Position numbers and translations under genes: made by a program. Source: Fimbriimonadia bacterium (GTDB taxonomy: Bacteria > Armatimonadota > Fimbriimonadia > Fimbriimonadales > JABRVX01). Taken from it: a DNA stretch of 64,000 nt. Of the stretch, positions 9,556 through 19,250 are shown piece by piece; position 1 is the stretch's first letter; every line of letters starts with the position of its first letter. The stretch covers positions 1 to 64,000 of the forward strand of contig JBGPGO010000016.1 of NCBI GenBank assembly GCA_041483895.1. The letters are read 5' to 3'. The notes beneath the pieces were generated by a model. The model saw nothing but the letters and a program-made list of their open reading frames with translations. It was not told where the DNA came from and searched no databases.

Positions 9556-10359
9556 TTACGACTGATCGTACCCGCCGGGCTTATCCACAAGCTCGCGCTT
9601 CCACCGTTTGACCTCCTGCCAGTTCGGATTGATTCCTCGCAGCATCAGCCCTTGGCCGTTGGAGAGGTGGCCGAGGACCAGCGCCTCGTCTTCCGGGTCG
9701 CGCAGTTGGAACAGGATGTTGCGGCGGGGCCGGTCGCTGGTGTTGGGCGGCGAGCCGTGGACGGTCAGGTAGCTGAAGATCAGGGCGTCGCCGGCCTTTC
9801 CGGGACATGGCGTGGCGCGGTCCATCGGCCATTCATCGACGGGCAGGTAGAAACCGTCCGCGCTGTGAGGGATGGGACCCATCTTGTGGCTGCCAGGGAC
9901 GGCGTACAGGCATCCATTCTCCACATCGGCGTCGTCCAGGGAGATGCTGACCGCGATCATCGAGTGGTTCTTGTGCGGGAAATAGGGATGGTCCTGATGC
10001 AGCGGGAACTTGCCGCCGGTGGCCGGGGGCTTGTAGATCAGCTTTGAATGATGCAGCTGGATGTTCGGCCCGAGGATCGATTTGACGGCGTCCAGCATGG
10101 GTGGGTGGAGCAAGGCGCGGGTGTAGGCGGCGCTGTGATACTCCATCTCGTGCGTGCCCCAGATCTGGGTCTTGGCCTTGCTTTCGGCCTCTTCCCAGTT
10201 GCCGCCCCACAGGAAGCTGGTGCGCTCGGGGTTGTTGGCCCGCTGGATCACCCCCTCCGCCTCCCGCCTCAACTCCTCGACGAAGGGTAGTTCATACATG
10301 GCCTCAACAAGAACGTAGCCGTTGTCTTTGTAGAATTGCACTTGCTCTCTTGTCAACAT
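9556..10359 (-). CDS. Phytanoyl-CoA dioxygenase (PhyH) family 2OG-Fe(II) oxygenase
   Basis: MLTREQVQFYKDNGY, LHQD, ENGCL..VPGSH, HGSPPNTSDRPR. Confidence 0.92.
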   Translation of the reverse strand: MLTREQVQFYKDNGYVLVEAMYELPFVEELRREAEGVIQRANNPERTSFLWGGNWEEAESKAKTQIWGTHEMEYHSAAYTRALLHPPMLDAVKSILGPNIQLHHSKLIYKPPATGGKFPLHQDHPYFPHKNHSMIAVSISLDDADVENGCLYAVPGSHKMGPIPHSADGFYLPVDEWPMDRATPCPGKAGDALIFSYLTVHGSPPNTSDRPRRNILFQLRDPEDEALVLGHLSNGQGLMLRGINPNWQEVKRWKRELVDKPGGYDQS

Positions 10360-10385
10360 GGATCTATTCTATCGCAGAAACCACC

Positions 10386-10704
10386 GTCATTCGGAGCCTA
10401 TCGTCCATTGCGAGCGAAAAGAGTTTGTCATTCCGAGCCGGTCGAGGAATCTCTTTCAGAACCTCCCGCCAACCACCAACGTCGGCGGTAGGCAACCACT
10501 CCAGAAAGGGATTCCTCAACTCCGTTCGGAATGACAGCGAGGCCAGATGTGCAGGGGGTCACTATTACCGGAGCCCTCCCCGAGCCATTACCCATCCAGA
10601 AAGAGATTCCTCAACTCCGTTCGAAATGACAGCGAGGCCAGATGTGCAGGGGTTCACTATTACCGGAGCCCTTCGCGAGCCAATACCCTAGACCCCTGCA
10701 CATC
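10386..10704. repeat. Repeat cluster: family A copy (10426-10536), ~95-bp tandem duplication, family B-like copy (10642-10704)
   Basis: TCCAGAAAGRGATTCCTCAACTCCGTTCGRAATGACAGCGAGGCCAGATGTGCAGGGG occurs at ~10500 and ~10595; GATGTGCAGGGG..CCCCTGCACATC inverted repeat. Confidence 0.85.
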
Positions 10705-10735
10705 GGGAGCAGCAATGGTGTTGTACAATACAAGA

Positions 10736-11701
10736 GTGAAGCGCCGCTGCCCGAAATGCGGAAAACGAATGACCTGGCTGCCGGAACGGGAGTCTGACGT
10801 TTGGGAGTGCGACGTCTGTGGGCGTCAAATTTCCGTCCCGGTAAAATCGAAACCGTACCGGTACTACCTCGCACTACTTGACGGGTTTGCGAGTTCGATC
10901 AGCAGAACAAGGGCTGCGTGCCGCGACCGGCTTGTGGGTGACGCTGGCCAAGCGGGAGCCGACGAACTTGCCAAGAGATTTCGTGCAAGGCCCAGTCGGT
11001 TGATGTCTTTGCTCTACATAATGTCACCAATTCTCATTTTCGCTTGGTTGGTGACACCAAAGCGATTTCTGAGCTTTTGGTGGTCTTTAATCTTCGTGAT
11101 CCCTTGGTTGATCCTCAATATGGCGAGGGAATCGCGTCCGGAAACTGACCTGGACAGGCAAAAGGCCGCTAGGATATTGTCGTACAATTTAGGGAGGCAA
11201 CTTGGTAGATTGGCAAGCGAGTACCAGGCCGAAAGTTTCACTTCAGTCATCGAGTCAGGGCGACCGCTCCGCTTGTACTTCCATAAGCTCAGGCAGTTAC
11301 TTGAATCATTCGATGTGTCAGACATCAGGCTACTGAAGAAATCCGATCTCGCATCGCTAGTGAGACACCTAGCTCCAAGCGCAAGCAGCCCGATAGGGGA
11401 TGATCCGGATTGGGATCTCGTGAGGGATGTGGTTAGACTGTTTTCGCCCACTTCGTACAATGCGGCTCTGCCGTACCTTCAACATCTCGCCTCCGAGATC
11501 CTATATCCCGAACCGGCACCGAGTTTTGTCCAGGATGCGGCCACAGATGCCCTCCGCGAAATCAACACGCGGCTCGGAAATGTTGGTGAACCTTCGCTCC
11601 TTCGGTCCGCTGAGGAACCGAAAGACGAAACACTGCTGCGTGCCGCTGGAGTCGCGGCGGAGCCAACGGACCAGTTGCTCCGCCCCACGGACGACAAATG
11701 A
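10736..11701 (+). CDS. Hypothetical membrane protein: N-terminal Zn ribbon, 2 TM helices, C-terminal LLR repeats
   Basis: CPKC..CDVC; two hydrophobic segments; tail SLLRSA..TLLRAA..QLLRP; GTG 6 nt after TACAAT. Confidence 0.75.
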   Translation: MKRRCPKCGKRMTWLPERESDVWECDVCGRQISVPVKSKPYRYYLALLDGFASSISRTRAACRDRLVGDAGQAGADELAKRFRARPSRLMSLLYIMSPILIFAWLVTPKRFLSFWWSLIFVIPWLILNMARESRPETDLDRQKAARILSYNLGRQLGRLASEYQAESFTSVIESGRPLRLYFHKLRQLLESFDVSDIRLLKKSDLASLVRHLAPSASSPIGDDPDWDLVRDVVRLFSPTSYNAALPYLQHLASEILYPEPAPSFVQDAATDALREINTRLGNVGEPSLLRSAEEPKDETLLRAAGVAAEPTDQLLRPTDDK

Positions 11702-11704
11702 AAT

Positions 11705-11780
11705 TGGCACGCCCGAGAGGACTCGAACCTCCGACCCCCAGGTCCGCAACCTGGTGCTCTATCCACTGAGCTACGGGCGC
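11705..11780 (-). tRNA. tRNA-Arg, anticodon GCG
   Basis: GCGCCCGTAGCTCAGTGGATAGAGCA CCAGG TTGCGGA CCTGG GGGTC GGAGGTTCGAGTCCTCT CGGGCGTG CCA: 76-nt cloverleaf with encoded CCA and A20. Confidence 0.96.
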
Positions 11781-11824
11781 GCGTCGCTCCAGATGGTACC
11801 GCAAGAGGCAGGAAAGCCGCAAAC

Positions 11825-11976
11825 GTAGACGCGGGCCGTCGTGCCGATCCGTCCCAACCATTGACCAGCATGGCCCGCGTAACACCCGCCGACCACCCCG
11901 TTCGTGGGTGATTGCCTTCCTACGCGGACCCTGGGATCGGCAATCGAAGGCATTCGGCAAGACGGCCCGCGTCTAC
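11825..11976. repeat. REP-like family E element with GTAG termini
   Basis: GTAGACGCGGGCCGTCGTGCCGA ... TCGGCAAGACGGCCCGCGTCTAC inverted arms; right end contains the hisS stop. Confidence 0.85.
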
Positions 11977-13223
11977 GGGGTCAATTCGTTTTGTAACGAT
12001 TCGACGGCGATCTCCGCTTGCGTGTTCAATTGAAGGTCCTTGAGCTGCACGGCGCCGCGGGACCATTCTTCGATGCCCAGGATGACGGCGTATCGAGCCC
12101 CGGAGCGGTCGGCTTGCCGCAATTGACTCTTGCCGCTGCGGGCCTCCAGATCGAGATCAACTGCGATACCGGCGGAGCGCAGTTTGGTGGCCAGCTCCAG
12201 CACCTCCGCCCGAAGGGCGTCCCCGAATGTGACTAGGAAGGCGGCGGGCGAAACGGCGGGGATCGCCCGCTCCTCGATCAGAATCAGCGTCCGCTCGATT
12301 CCGACGGCGACGCCAACGGCGGGGGTGTCCGGCCCGCCGCACAAGGCCACCAGCCCATCGTATCGGCCCCCGCCGCACACGCTGTTTTGCGCGCCCAGCT
12401 CCCCACTGATCACCTCAAACACGGTTCGATTATAGTAGTCCAACCCCCTCACCAAGCGCGGATCTAGTTGGAACGGCACCCCGAGACGCGTCAAAAGCTC
12501 TTGCAATTCGCCGAAATGCGCCTTGCTCTCTTCCTCCAAATAGTCCGTGACGATCGGCGCGTCCTTCATGGCATCCACCGCCGCCGGGTCCTTGCTGTCC
12601 AGCAGCCGCAACGGATTCGCACGCATCCTCTCGGTAGCATCCGCTTCCAACGTCGCCAAATACTGCGCAGCAAAGTCGAGCAGCGCGTCCCGATACGCAG
12701 CCCGGCATTCGGCATCCCCCAGCGAGTTCAGCCGCAACTCCACACTCTGAAGGCCCACTTCCCGAAAGAAGGCGGTCGTCAATTCGATAACCTCGGCGTC
12801 CGCCGCCGCCGAAGACGCCCCGAACACTTCCAGGCCCACCTGATGCGACTGCCGATATCGGCCCGCCTGGGGCCGCTCGTAGCGGAAAATCGGCGTCACA
12901 TAGTACAGCTTGGTCACCGCCCCCTGCCCACCCAGATGATCCTCCAGATAAGCCCGAACCGCCGGCGCGGTCCCCTCCGGCTTAAGGGTGATGCTTCGTC
13001 CGCCCTTGTCGGTGAAGGTGTACATCTCCTTAGAGACGATGTCCGTGCCTTCCCCCACGCCGCGCACAAATAGCTCGGTCTGCTCGAACATCGGCGTGCG
13101 GATTTCGCCGTAGCCATACAGCGCGCACAGGCGACGGAAGGTATCCTCGACAAACCGCCAGCGAGTGGCTTCGTCGGGCAATATGTCTTTCGTCCCACGA
13201 GGGGCGGAATAGTTCATGCTCAT
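11973..13223 (-). CDS. hisS: Histidine--tRNA ligase
   Basis: PRGTKD, KEMYTF, LKPEGTA, FRYERPQAGRYRQ, LVRGLDYY, GGGRYDGL; start at 13223 or 13217. Confidence 0.98.
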   Translation of the reverse strand: MSMNYSAPRGTKDILPDEATRWRFVEDTFRRLCALYGYGEIRTPMFEQTELFVRGVGEGTDIVSKEMYTFTDKGGRSITLKPEGTAPAVRAYLEDHLGGQGAVTKLYYVTPIFRYERPQAGRYRQSHQVGLEVFGASSAAADAEVIELTTAFFREVGLQSVELRLNSLGDAECRAAYRDALLDFAAQYLATLEADATERMRANPLRLLDSKDPAAVDAMKDAPIVTDYLEEESKAHFGELQELLTRLGVPFQLDPRLVRGLDYYNRTVFEVISGELGAQNSVCGGGRYDGLVALCGGPDTPAVGVAVGIERTLILIEERAIPAVSPAAFLVTFGDALRAEVLELATKLRSAGIAVDLDLEARSGKSQLRQADRSGARYAVILGIEEWSRGAVQLKDLQLNTQAEIAVESLQNELTP

Positions 13224-13293
13224 TAGATACCATTTGAAAGCGAACGAACCTGGGCCAAATTGCCGTAATAAGGGCTTTAAGGAGATCTGATCG

Positions 13294-14583
13294 ATGTTGA
13301 AATGTACCGCCGCCGCCATTTATGCAGCTATTTCCGCCTTCGCCCCCGCGCAGGCCCCATCAGCGGAAGCCAAAAAAGCCCTTCCCACCCTCAAGTTCGA
13401 GCGCGGCCAGGAGGTCTCCCTCTATTCCGGCCAGCGCAACGAGTTTGAGCCATCCATGGGCGCCGACGGCAAGGGGGGAGTCTATGTTGCCTGGAAGGAC
13501 GGCCAATCGGGCTCCAGCTTCATTCGCTACTCCTATTCCCACGATTACGGCCAGACCTGGTCCAAAGACATCCTGATGCCGGAGCCGAACTATAAGTACC
13601 AGAGCGATCCGGTGGTGATGGTGGGTTCCGACGGCCGAATCACGGTCTCCTGGATCGCCTATAACAGACCAGGGGATACCGCCGTGGATATGGTGGTCTC
13701 GACCGACCGGGGGCTGACTTGGAGTACGCCGATGAAGCAGTGCGCCCCGACCCACCCGGATGCGAAAGACTTCTTCGATCGCGAGTGGCAGGTGATGAAG
13801 GGAGACCTGGTCGTCACCAGCTACCATGTGGGAAATCGCATCTACGTGGCCCGATCGAAAGACGGCGGCAAGACCGTCGAAGGTGTTTCGAACCCGGACG
13901 GCAAGACGGGGGGAGCTCTGTCGGCCGTTTTGACCCAAACCCCGGACGGCGTCGTTCACACCGTTTGGCTGAAATTCGGCACCACCGCCACTCTGCGGTA
14001 TTCGTCATCGAAGGATGGCGCCGCAACGTGGTCGGCCCCGCAGGACATCGTGAAACTGCACGCGCTGGACTATAAGGGGCGAGCATTTCCGTTCGGCAGC
14101 ATCTGTTCGGACAGCATTGGGAATGTCTACGTAGCCTTTTGTGAGGGCAAGGGACGCGACGGCGAGGGCGACGTGGCAGGGGCCGCCTATCTGGTCCGGT
14201 CGGAGGACGGCGGAAAGACCTGGACGGAACCGATGAAGCTGTGCGATTCGGAAGATCGAGCGAACGGCCACAAGATTCAACCGTGGACTTACGTCGATGA
14301 GCAGGACCGGGTTCACGCGGTTTGGTTCGAGCACCAAGGGGAAAAATACACCGTTCGTCACACCATGTCACTGGACAGAGGTAAGAGTTTTGGACCGAAC
14401 GTGACCGCTGTGCCGCCGCACCTGATTCAGGGCCAGTACCAGAGCGACTTCATCTCGATCTCCGGGGACAGCCGGTACATATATGTGGCCGCGCCATATC
14501 CCGTAGGGGACGCTTATGAGATCCACGTGATGCGCGCGCCCATAGATGGGGTCCAGTCCCCGACGCCAATTGTCCGGAAGTAA
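13294..14583 (+). CDS. Secreted BNR/Asp-box (sialidase-like) beta-propeller protein
   Basis: Signal peptide; repeated SxDxGxTW boxes (SHDYGQTW, STDRGLTW, SKDGGKT, SKDGAATW, SEDGGKTW, SLDRGKSF). Confidence 0.85.
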   Translation: MLKCTAAAIYAAISAFAPAQAPSAEAKKALPTLKFERGQEVSLYSGQRNEFEPSMGADGKGGVYVAWKDGQSGSSFIRYSYSHDYGQTWSKDILMPEPNYKYQSDPVVMVGSDGRITVSWIAYNRPGDTAVDMVVSTDRGLTWSTPMKQCAPTHPDAKDFFDREWQVMKGDLVVTSYHVGNRIYVARSKDGGKTVEGVSNPDGKTGGALSAVLTQTPDGVVHTVWLKFGTTATLRYSSSKDGAATWSAPQDIVKLHALDYKGRAFPFGSICSDSIGNVYVAFCEGKGRDGEGDVAGAAYLVRSEDGGKTWTEPMKLCDSEDRANGHKIQPWTYVDEQDRVHAVWFEHQGEKYTVRHTMSLDRGKSFGPNVTAVPPHLIQGQYQSDFISISGDSRYIYVAAPYPVGDAYEIHVMRAPIDGVQSPTPIVRK

Positions 14584-14588
14584 TCCGC

Positions 14589-14728
14589 TGTCATTCCGAG
14601 CAATAGCATTCTGTCATTCCGAGCCTGTCGAGGAATCCCTTTCAGAAGCCCTCAGTTGTAGGAAAGTTCTGAAAGATTTCGGGATAAGAATAACACACAA
14701 GGGATTCCTCGACAGGCTCGGAATGACA
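14589..14728. repeat. Family A palindromic repeat between convergent genes
   Basis: Perfect 30-bp inverted repeat TGTCATTCCGAGCCTGTCGAGGAATCCCTT (14612) / AAGGGATTCCTCGACAGGCTCGGAATGACA (to 14728). Confidence 0.9.
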
Positions 14729-14771
14729 ACCCCTGGACCTGAAAACGATTGCTTTCTAGCTAGCAAGAAGG

Positions 14772-17171
14772 TCACCCCATACCCTGCGGATCGACGTCGA
14801 GAGTCACGCGGGACTTGATGGGCGACAGCTTGCGCAGCAGCTCCGACAAAGCCGGACCCGGACGCGCATCCGGCGGGAACTTCAGCAGCAGGCTTCGGCG
14901 ATTGAGGCCCTGTACCCGCTCCGGCACGCTGGGGGCCGGACCCAACACCTCCAACTTACGTAATCGCGACGCCCGCAGCGCCAGGCCAATTCGCTCCGCA
15001 TCCTCCTCTGCCTGCTTCACCTGCTGATGCGCCACCATGATATGCGCCAGCCGCCGAAACGGAGGATAGCCCGCCTCTTTGCGTATCTCAACCTCGCGCC
15101 GATAGAAACCCAAGTAGTCGTGTTTTAGCGCGCACTGTATCGCGGGATGGCCGGGGCTGAAGGTCTGTATCATCACCTTGCCGGGCGCATCCCCACGGCC
15201 CGCGCGCCCAGCGACCTGGACCAATAGCTGGAACGTCCGCTCCGCCGCGCGGAAGTCCGGCATGTGCAGGCCCGTGTCGGCGTTGACCACACCGACCAGC
15301 GAAACGCGGGGAAAATCCAGGCCCTTCGCCACAATCTGCGTTCCGATGAGAATGTCCGCGTCGCCGGAACGGAACTTCTGCAACGCCGCCTGCGGGTCGC
15401 GCACGTCGCGGTCCAATCGCACAACGTTGGCGTCGGGAAACTGCCGCACCACGTCTTCCTCCACGCGCTGGGTGCCAAGCCCCATCGGGCGCACGCGGGT
15501 GCCGTTGCATTTCGGGCACTTATCCGGCGGCTCGCGTTCGGCCCCGCAATGGTGGCAGCGCAGAACCCCGGCCTTTTGGTGGAACGCCATCGAGACGCTG
15601 CAGCGATGGCACATCGGGACCTCGCCGCAATCCCGGCATAACAAGAACGGCGCGTAGGCCCGGCGGTTGAGGAATAGGATGACCTGTTCTTGCCGCTCCA
15701 GCGCTTCGTGCATCGCGGCCTCGAGCGGCGCGGCTAGGGCGGATTGTGTGGGCCGTAGCTCGCGCAGGTCCAGCAGTTCGATGGTAGGCAGGTTCTGCTT
15801 CGTCACGCGCTCGGGCATCGGCAGAAGCGTGTAGCGGCCGGATGTTGCCCGGTAGTAGCTCTCGATGTCCGGCGTCGCGCTTCCGCGCACCAGCACCGCG
15901 CCAGCCTCACGCACACGCCTCTCGCCGATCAGCCGGGCGTCGTATCGCAGCAGGTTGCCCTGCTTGTAGGACCCTTCATGTTCTTCGTCAATGACCACAA
16001 GTCCGAGCGCGGGCAGCGGCGCGAAAACGGCGGAACGAGGGCCGACCACGATGGGCGTGTCTCCGCGCGCAATGCGCTGCCACTGGGAATATCGTTGCGA
16101 TTGGCCCATGCCGGAATGAATGATGGTCGCGGCATCCCCGAACCGCTCGCGCACCCGCTCCACAATCTGCCCGGCAAGGGCAATCTCCGGCACCAGTATC
16201 AGCACCGTTCGCCCCAGCGATAGGCACTCGGACGCGGCCCGCAGATAGACCTCTGTCTTGCCGCTGGCCGTAACGCCGTGCAGCAGGAACTCCTCGTATC
16301 GCCCGGCGGCCAACGATGCGGCGATTCTTCGGCAGGCCGCGAGCTGCGCGGGCAGCAGGTTTTCTTCGGGTGGGACGGAGCCGAGCAGCACGTCACGATA
16401 CGACTGCTGTTTGAGGAGCCCCGCCGCCACCAACTTGTCGCGGATTGCCGACGAGATGCCAAGCGATTTGATGTCCGCCGGCGAAAGGACGCGCCCTTCT
16501 TTTTCTATCAGTTTTTCCGCAGCCTTGGCCTGTGATTTGCGTTGCTTGCCGGCTAGCTCCATGAACTCAGCCATCGTTTCGGCGTCGGCCACCCGGTAGG
16601 GCATGTCCACTTGGCGCGGGACCGGCGGGGTGAGCAGCTCCCACGCTTTTCTCACAATCCCCTTGCGCCGCAGCGTCTCCAGCACCTTGGTGAACTCCTC
16701 GTCGAACTCCGATGTGCGCGCTTCGCCGCCCTTCGCCAGCAGATGGCCGACGAGGGCGGCGCCCGGTGTGCCCGCACCCGGCATCGGCGCGCCGGGGATC
16801 ACCTCCCACAGCGAACGCATGCGCGAACGCGACGCCTGAGGGACCGCTGAGTAGAGGGCGAGCCACAAAGGACCGCCGTATTCCGCCGCCGCGAAACGGA
16901 TGAGGGAGAGGAGGTCCGCTGTCAGCTTTGCGCCGCGCGCGATGCCGATGAGCGGCTTGAGAGAGGTGAGAGGAAAGCCGAGCTTGTCGGGATGGCTCTT
17001 GCGCCGCGCGACGATGTATCCGAGGGCCGTGCGGCCATGAAAGCTGACGACGACGAGGACGCCGGGATGGCTTACACTCGCGATATGCTCGGGGACGCGG
17101 TAGGAGTAATGGGGCTGCGCGTCTTGCGTGCGCACATCCACCACGACATCGGCGAGGTCGAGCATTTCCAC
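14772..17171 (-). CDS. priA: Primosomal protein N' (replication restart helicase)
   Basis: GVTASGKTEVY, DEEHE.SYKQ, LFLNRR, CxxC zinc clusters, GTQIVAKGLDFP, QVAGRAGR, DVDP. Confidence 0.97.
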   Translation of the reverse strand: MEMLDLADVVVDVRTQDAQPHYSYRVPEHIASVSHPGVLVVVSFHGRTALGYIVARRKSHPDKLGFPLTSLKPLIGIARGAKLTADLLSLIRFAAAEYGGPLWLALYSAVPQASRSRMRSLWEVIPGAPMPGAGTPGAALVGHLLAKGGEARTSEFDEEFTKVLETLRRKGIVRKAWELLTPPVPRQVDMPYRVADAETMAEFMELAGKQRKSQAKAAEKLIEKEGRVLSPADIKSLGISSAIRDKLVAAGLLKQQSYRDVLLGSVPPEENLLPAQLAACRRIAASLAAGRYEEFLLHGVTASGKTEVYLRAASECLSLGRTVLILVPEIALAGQIVERVRERFGDAATIIHSGMGQSQRYSQWQRIARGDTPIVVGPRSAVFAPLPALGLVVIDEEHEGSYKQGNLLRYDARLIGERRVREAGAVLVRGSATPDIESYYRATSGRYTLLPMPERVTKQNLPTIELLDLRELRPTQSALAAPLEAAMHEALERQEQVILFLNRRAYAPFLLCRDCGEVPMCHRCSVSMAFHQKAGVLRCHHCGAEREPPDKCPKCNGTRVRPMGLGTQRVEEDVVRQFPDANVVRLDRDVRDPQAALQKFRSGDADILIGTQIVAKGLDFPRVSLVGVVNADTGLHMPDFRAAERTFQLLVQVAGRAGRGDAPGKVMIQTFSPGHPAIQCALKHDYLGFYRREVEIRKEAGYPPFRRLAHIMVAHQQVKQAEEDAERIGLALRASRLRKLEVLGPAPSVPERVQGLNRRSLLLKFPPDARPGPALSELLRKLSPIKSRVTLDVDPQGMG

Positions 17172-17287
17172 TTGGTACTGGTACGCCGGACGGCCTCTTC
17201 ATCCCTTCATAGTCGTACTATGAAGCGGGGCGACTCTTTCCATCCCTTCCCAGTCGCACTGTGAAGTGCCGTGTTGCAATGTCCGTT

Positions 17288-17421
17288 GTGTTGGGGTCCT
17301 CGCTTGCCGCAACCGTTCATCCACCGACGAGCATAGACCCCAACACGCGCGCAACTACCGATGTGTTGGGGCCCTCGCTTGCCGCAACCGTTCATCCACC
17401 GATCAGCCCAGACCCCAGCAC
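17288..17421. repeat. Two tandem family B repeats (59 bp each)
   Basis: GTGTTGGGGTCCTCGCTTGCCGCAACCGTTCATCCACCG..GACCCCAACAC at 17288-17346 and 17363-17421. Confidence 0.9.
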
Positions 17422-17452
17422 GAGACGGAGGTGTGCGTTTGAGCCGGAGGTC

Positions 17453-17570
17453 TGTCATTCCGAAGCGAAGCGAGGAATCCCTTTCAGAACCTCTCGACAT
17501 CCACCAAAGTTAGGAGTCAGCAGGGGCTCCAGAAAGGGATTCCACAGTCGCAAGCTCCTTCGGAATGACA
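17453..17570. repeat. Family A palindromic repeat
   Basis: TGTCATTCCGAAGCGAAGCGAGGAATCCCTTTC ... GAAAGGGATTCCACAGTCGCAAGCTCCTTCGGAATGACA. Confidence 0.9.
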
Positions 17571-17655
17571 ACGTGGTCGTCACCTGGCAGAAAGGGATTC
17601 GTGAATCGCTACCTTCCGTCTGAATGAAAACAGAGATGGGTGGTAAGATCGAGGC

Positions 17656-18504
17656 ATGTTTGAAATGCCGGGTGCGGCACCCGCAGACCTCCGCGCGAAA
17701 ATGGACCGACTCGCCACGCTCCTTTCGGAGATGGGCGATGTGGCCGTCGCGTTTTCCGGCGGCGTGGACAGCGCGCTGCTGCTCTATGCCGCGTCGCGCG
17801 TTCTCGGTGAAAAGTGCCTGGCGGTCATCGGCGATTCCGAGGCTCTCCCTGAAGGCGAAATCGACGAGGCCGTCGCGGCGGCGCGCGAGTGGGGAATTCG
17901 CCATGAAGTCATCCGCACGCATGAGCTGAGCAAGCGGGAATATGCCGTCAATAATCCCGACCGCTGCTATCACTGCAAGACGGAGCTGTTCTCGCGCGTG
18001 TGGGACGTTGCCGAGCGGCACGGCATTGCGAACATCGCGGACGGTTCGCAAACGGACGACACGGGCGACTTCCGTCCGGGCCGTCGCGCGGGCAGGGAAC
18101 AGCGGGTGCGCTCGCCACTCTTGGAGGCCGGTTTTTCCAAACAGGACGTGCGCGATGCGGCCCATGCGCTGGGACTCGGGATGTGGGACAAGCCGTCCTT
18201 CGCATGCCTTTCCAGCCGATTTCCCTACGGCACGCAGATTACGCGCGAACTGCTCGCGCAGGTGGACAGGGCGGAGCGGTCCCTACGCGAGATGGGCTTC
18301 CGTCAGGTGCGCGTCCGGCATCATGGGGAGGTCGTACGCATCGAATTGGAGGCATCCGACATTCCGATTGCGATTGAGATGCGCGAGCGGATAACAGAGG
18401 CGATGAAGGCAGCGGGATATGTGTACGCGGCGCTGGATTTGGAAGGCTATCGCGCCGGGAAGATGAACGATATCATCCGTTTGAAAACGGGCACCGCGCG
18501 GTGA
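17656..18504 (+). CDS. larE: ATP-dependent sacrificial sulfur transferase LarE
   Basis: AFSGGVDS PP-loop, RCYHCK, DFRPG, KPSFACLSSRFPYG, VRVRHH. Confidence 0.95.
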   Translation: MFEMPGAAPADLRAKMDRLATLLSEMGDVAVAFSGGVDSALLLYAASRVLGEKCLAVIGDSEALPEGEIDEAVAAAREWGIRHEVIRTHELSKREYAVNNPDRCYHCKTELFSRVWDVAERHGIANIADGSQTDDTGDFRPGRRAGREQRVRSPLLEAGFSKQDVRDAAHALGLGMWDKPSFACLSSRFPYGTQITRELLAQVDRAERSLREMGFRQVRVRHHGEVVRIELEASDIPIAIEMRERITEAMKAAGYVYAALDLEGYRAGKMNDIIRLKTGTAR

Positions 18505-19250
18505 ACAGGGAGAGTCTCTCTTGCCTCTTAGCTAGCTTGCGCAGCGGGGAGATATCGGTGGAAGATGCGATGACGCGGCTACGCGATCTGCCGTTTGAGG
18601 ATTTGGGTTTCGCGCGATTGGATCATCATCGGTCACTGCGCACCGGTGCGGCGGAGGTGGTGTTCGGTCCCGGCAAGACGGCGTCGCAACTGCAGGAAAT
18701 TTTGTCGCGCATCGCCGAAAAACATGGACGCGCGCTTGCGACGAAGGTGCCTTTAGATATTGCATCCTCGGTGTCTTTGCCCGAAGCCGTTTATGTCGAT
18801 GACTGCGGCATTCTGCGGGTCGGCAGCAATCACTTGCTGCATCCCGACTGGCCCGTTGCCGTCGTCTGCGCGGGCACCGCGGACCTGCCGATTGCGAGAG
18901 AGGCGGAGGAGACTGCGCGGTATTACGGCGTTGCCGTGACCTGTCATTTCGATGTCGGCGTGGCGGGTCTGCACCGGATTTTGGAGGTCCGTCCGGAGCT
19001 GGCGACCATGCGCGCGGTTGTGGTGGTGGCTGGCATGGATGGGGCCCTCGCGAGCGTCGTGGGGGGGCTGGTGCCGTGCCCGGTCATCGCGGTCCCGACC
19101 AGCGTCGGGTATGGCGCCTCGTTCGAGGGCATCGGACCGCTGCTCACCATGCTCAACTGCTGCGCGCCTGGGGTCGCGGTGGTGAACATTGACAATGGCT
19201 TCGGAGCGGCGTACATGGCGTTTCGCATCGCATCGGGAGGATTGGTTTGA
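18501..19250 (+). CDS. larB: Nickel pincer cofactor biosynthesis protein LarB
   Basis: DLGFARLDHHR, AGTADLP, DVGVAGLHR, AGMDGAL, PTSVGYG, VNIDNGFGA. Confidence 0.95.
   Translation: MNRESLSCLLASLRSGEISVEDAMTRLRDLPFEDLGFARLDHHRSLRTGAAEVVFGPGKTASQLQEILSRIAEKHGRALATKVPLDIASSVSLPEAVYVDDCGILRVGSNHLLHPDWPVAVVCAGTADLPIAREAEETARYYGVAVTCHFDVGVAGLHRILEVRPELATMRAVVVVAGMDGALASVVGGLVPCPVIAVPTSVGYGASFEGIGPLLTMLNCCAPGVAVVNIDNGFGAAYMAFRIASGGLV

Noticed and set aside
11705..11980. Integrative element at tRNA-Arg
   Set aside because: No integrase and no duplicated tRNA 3' end noticed in the window.
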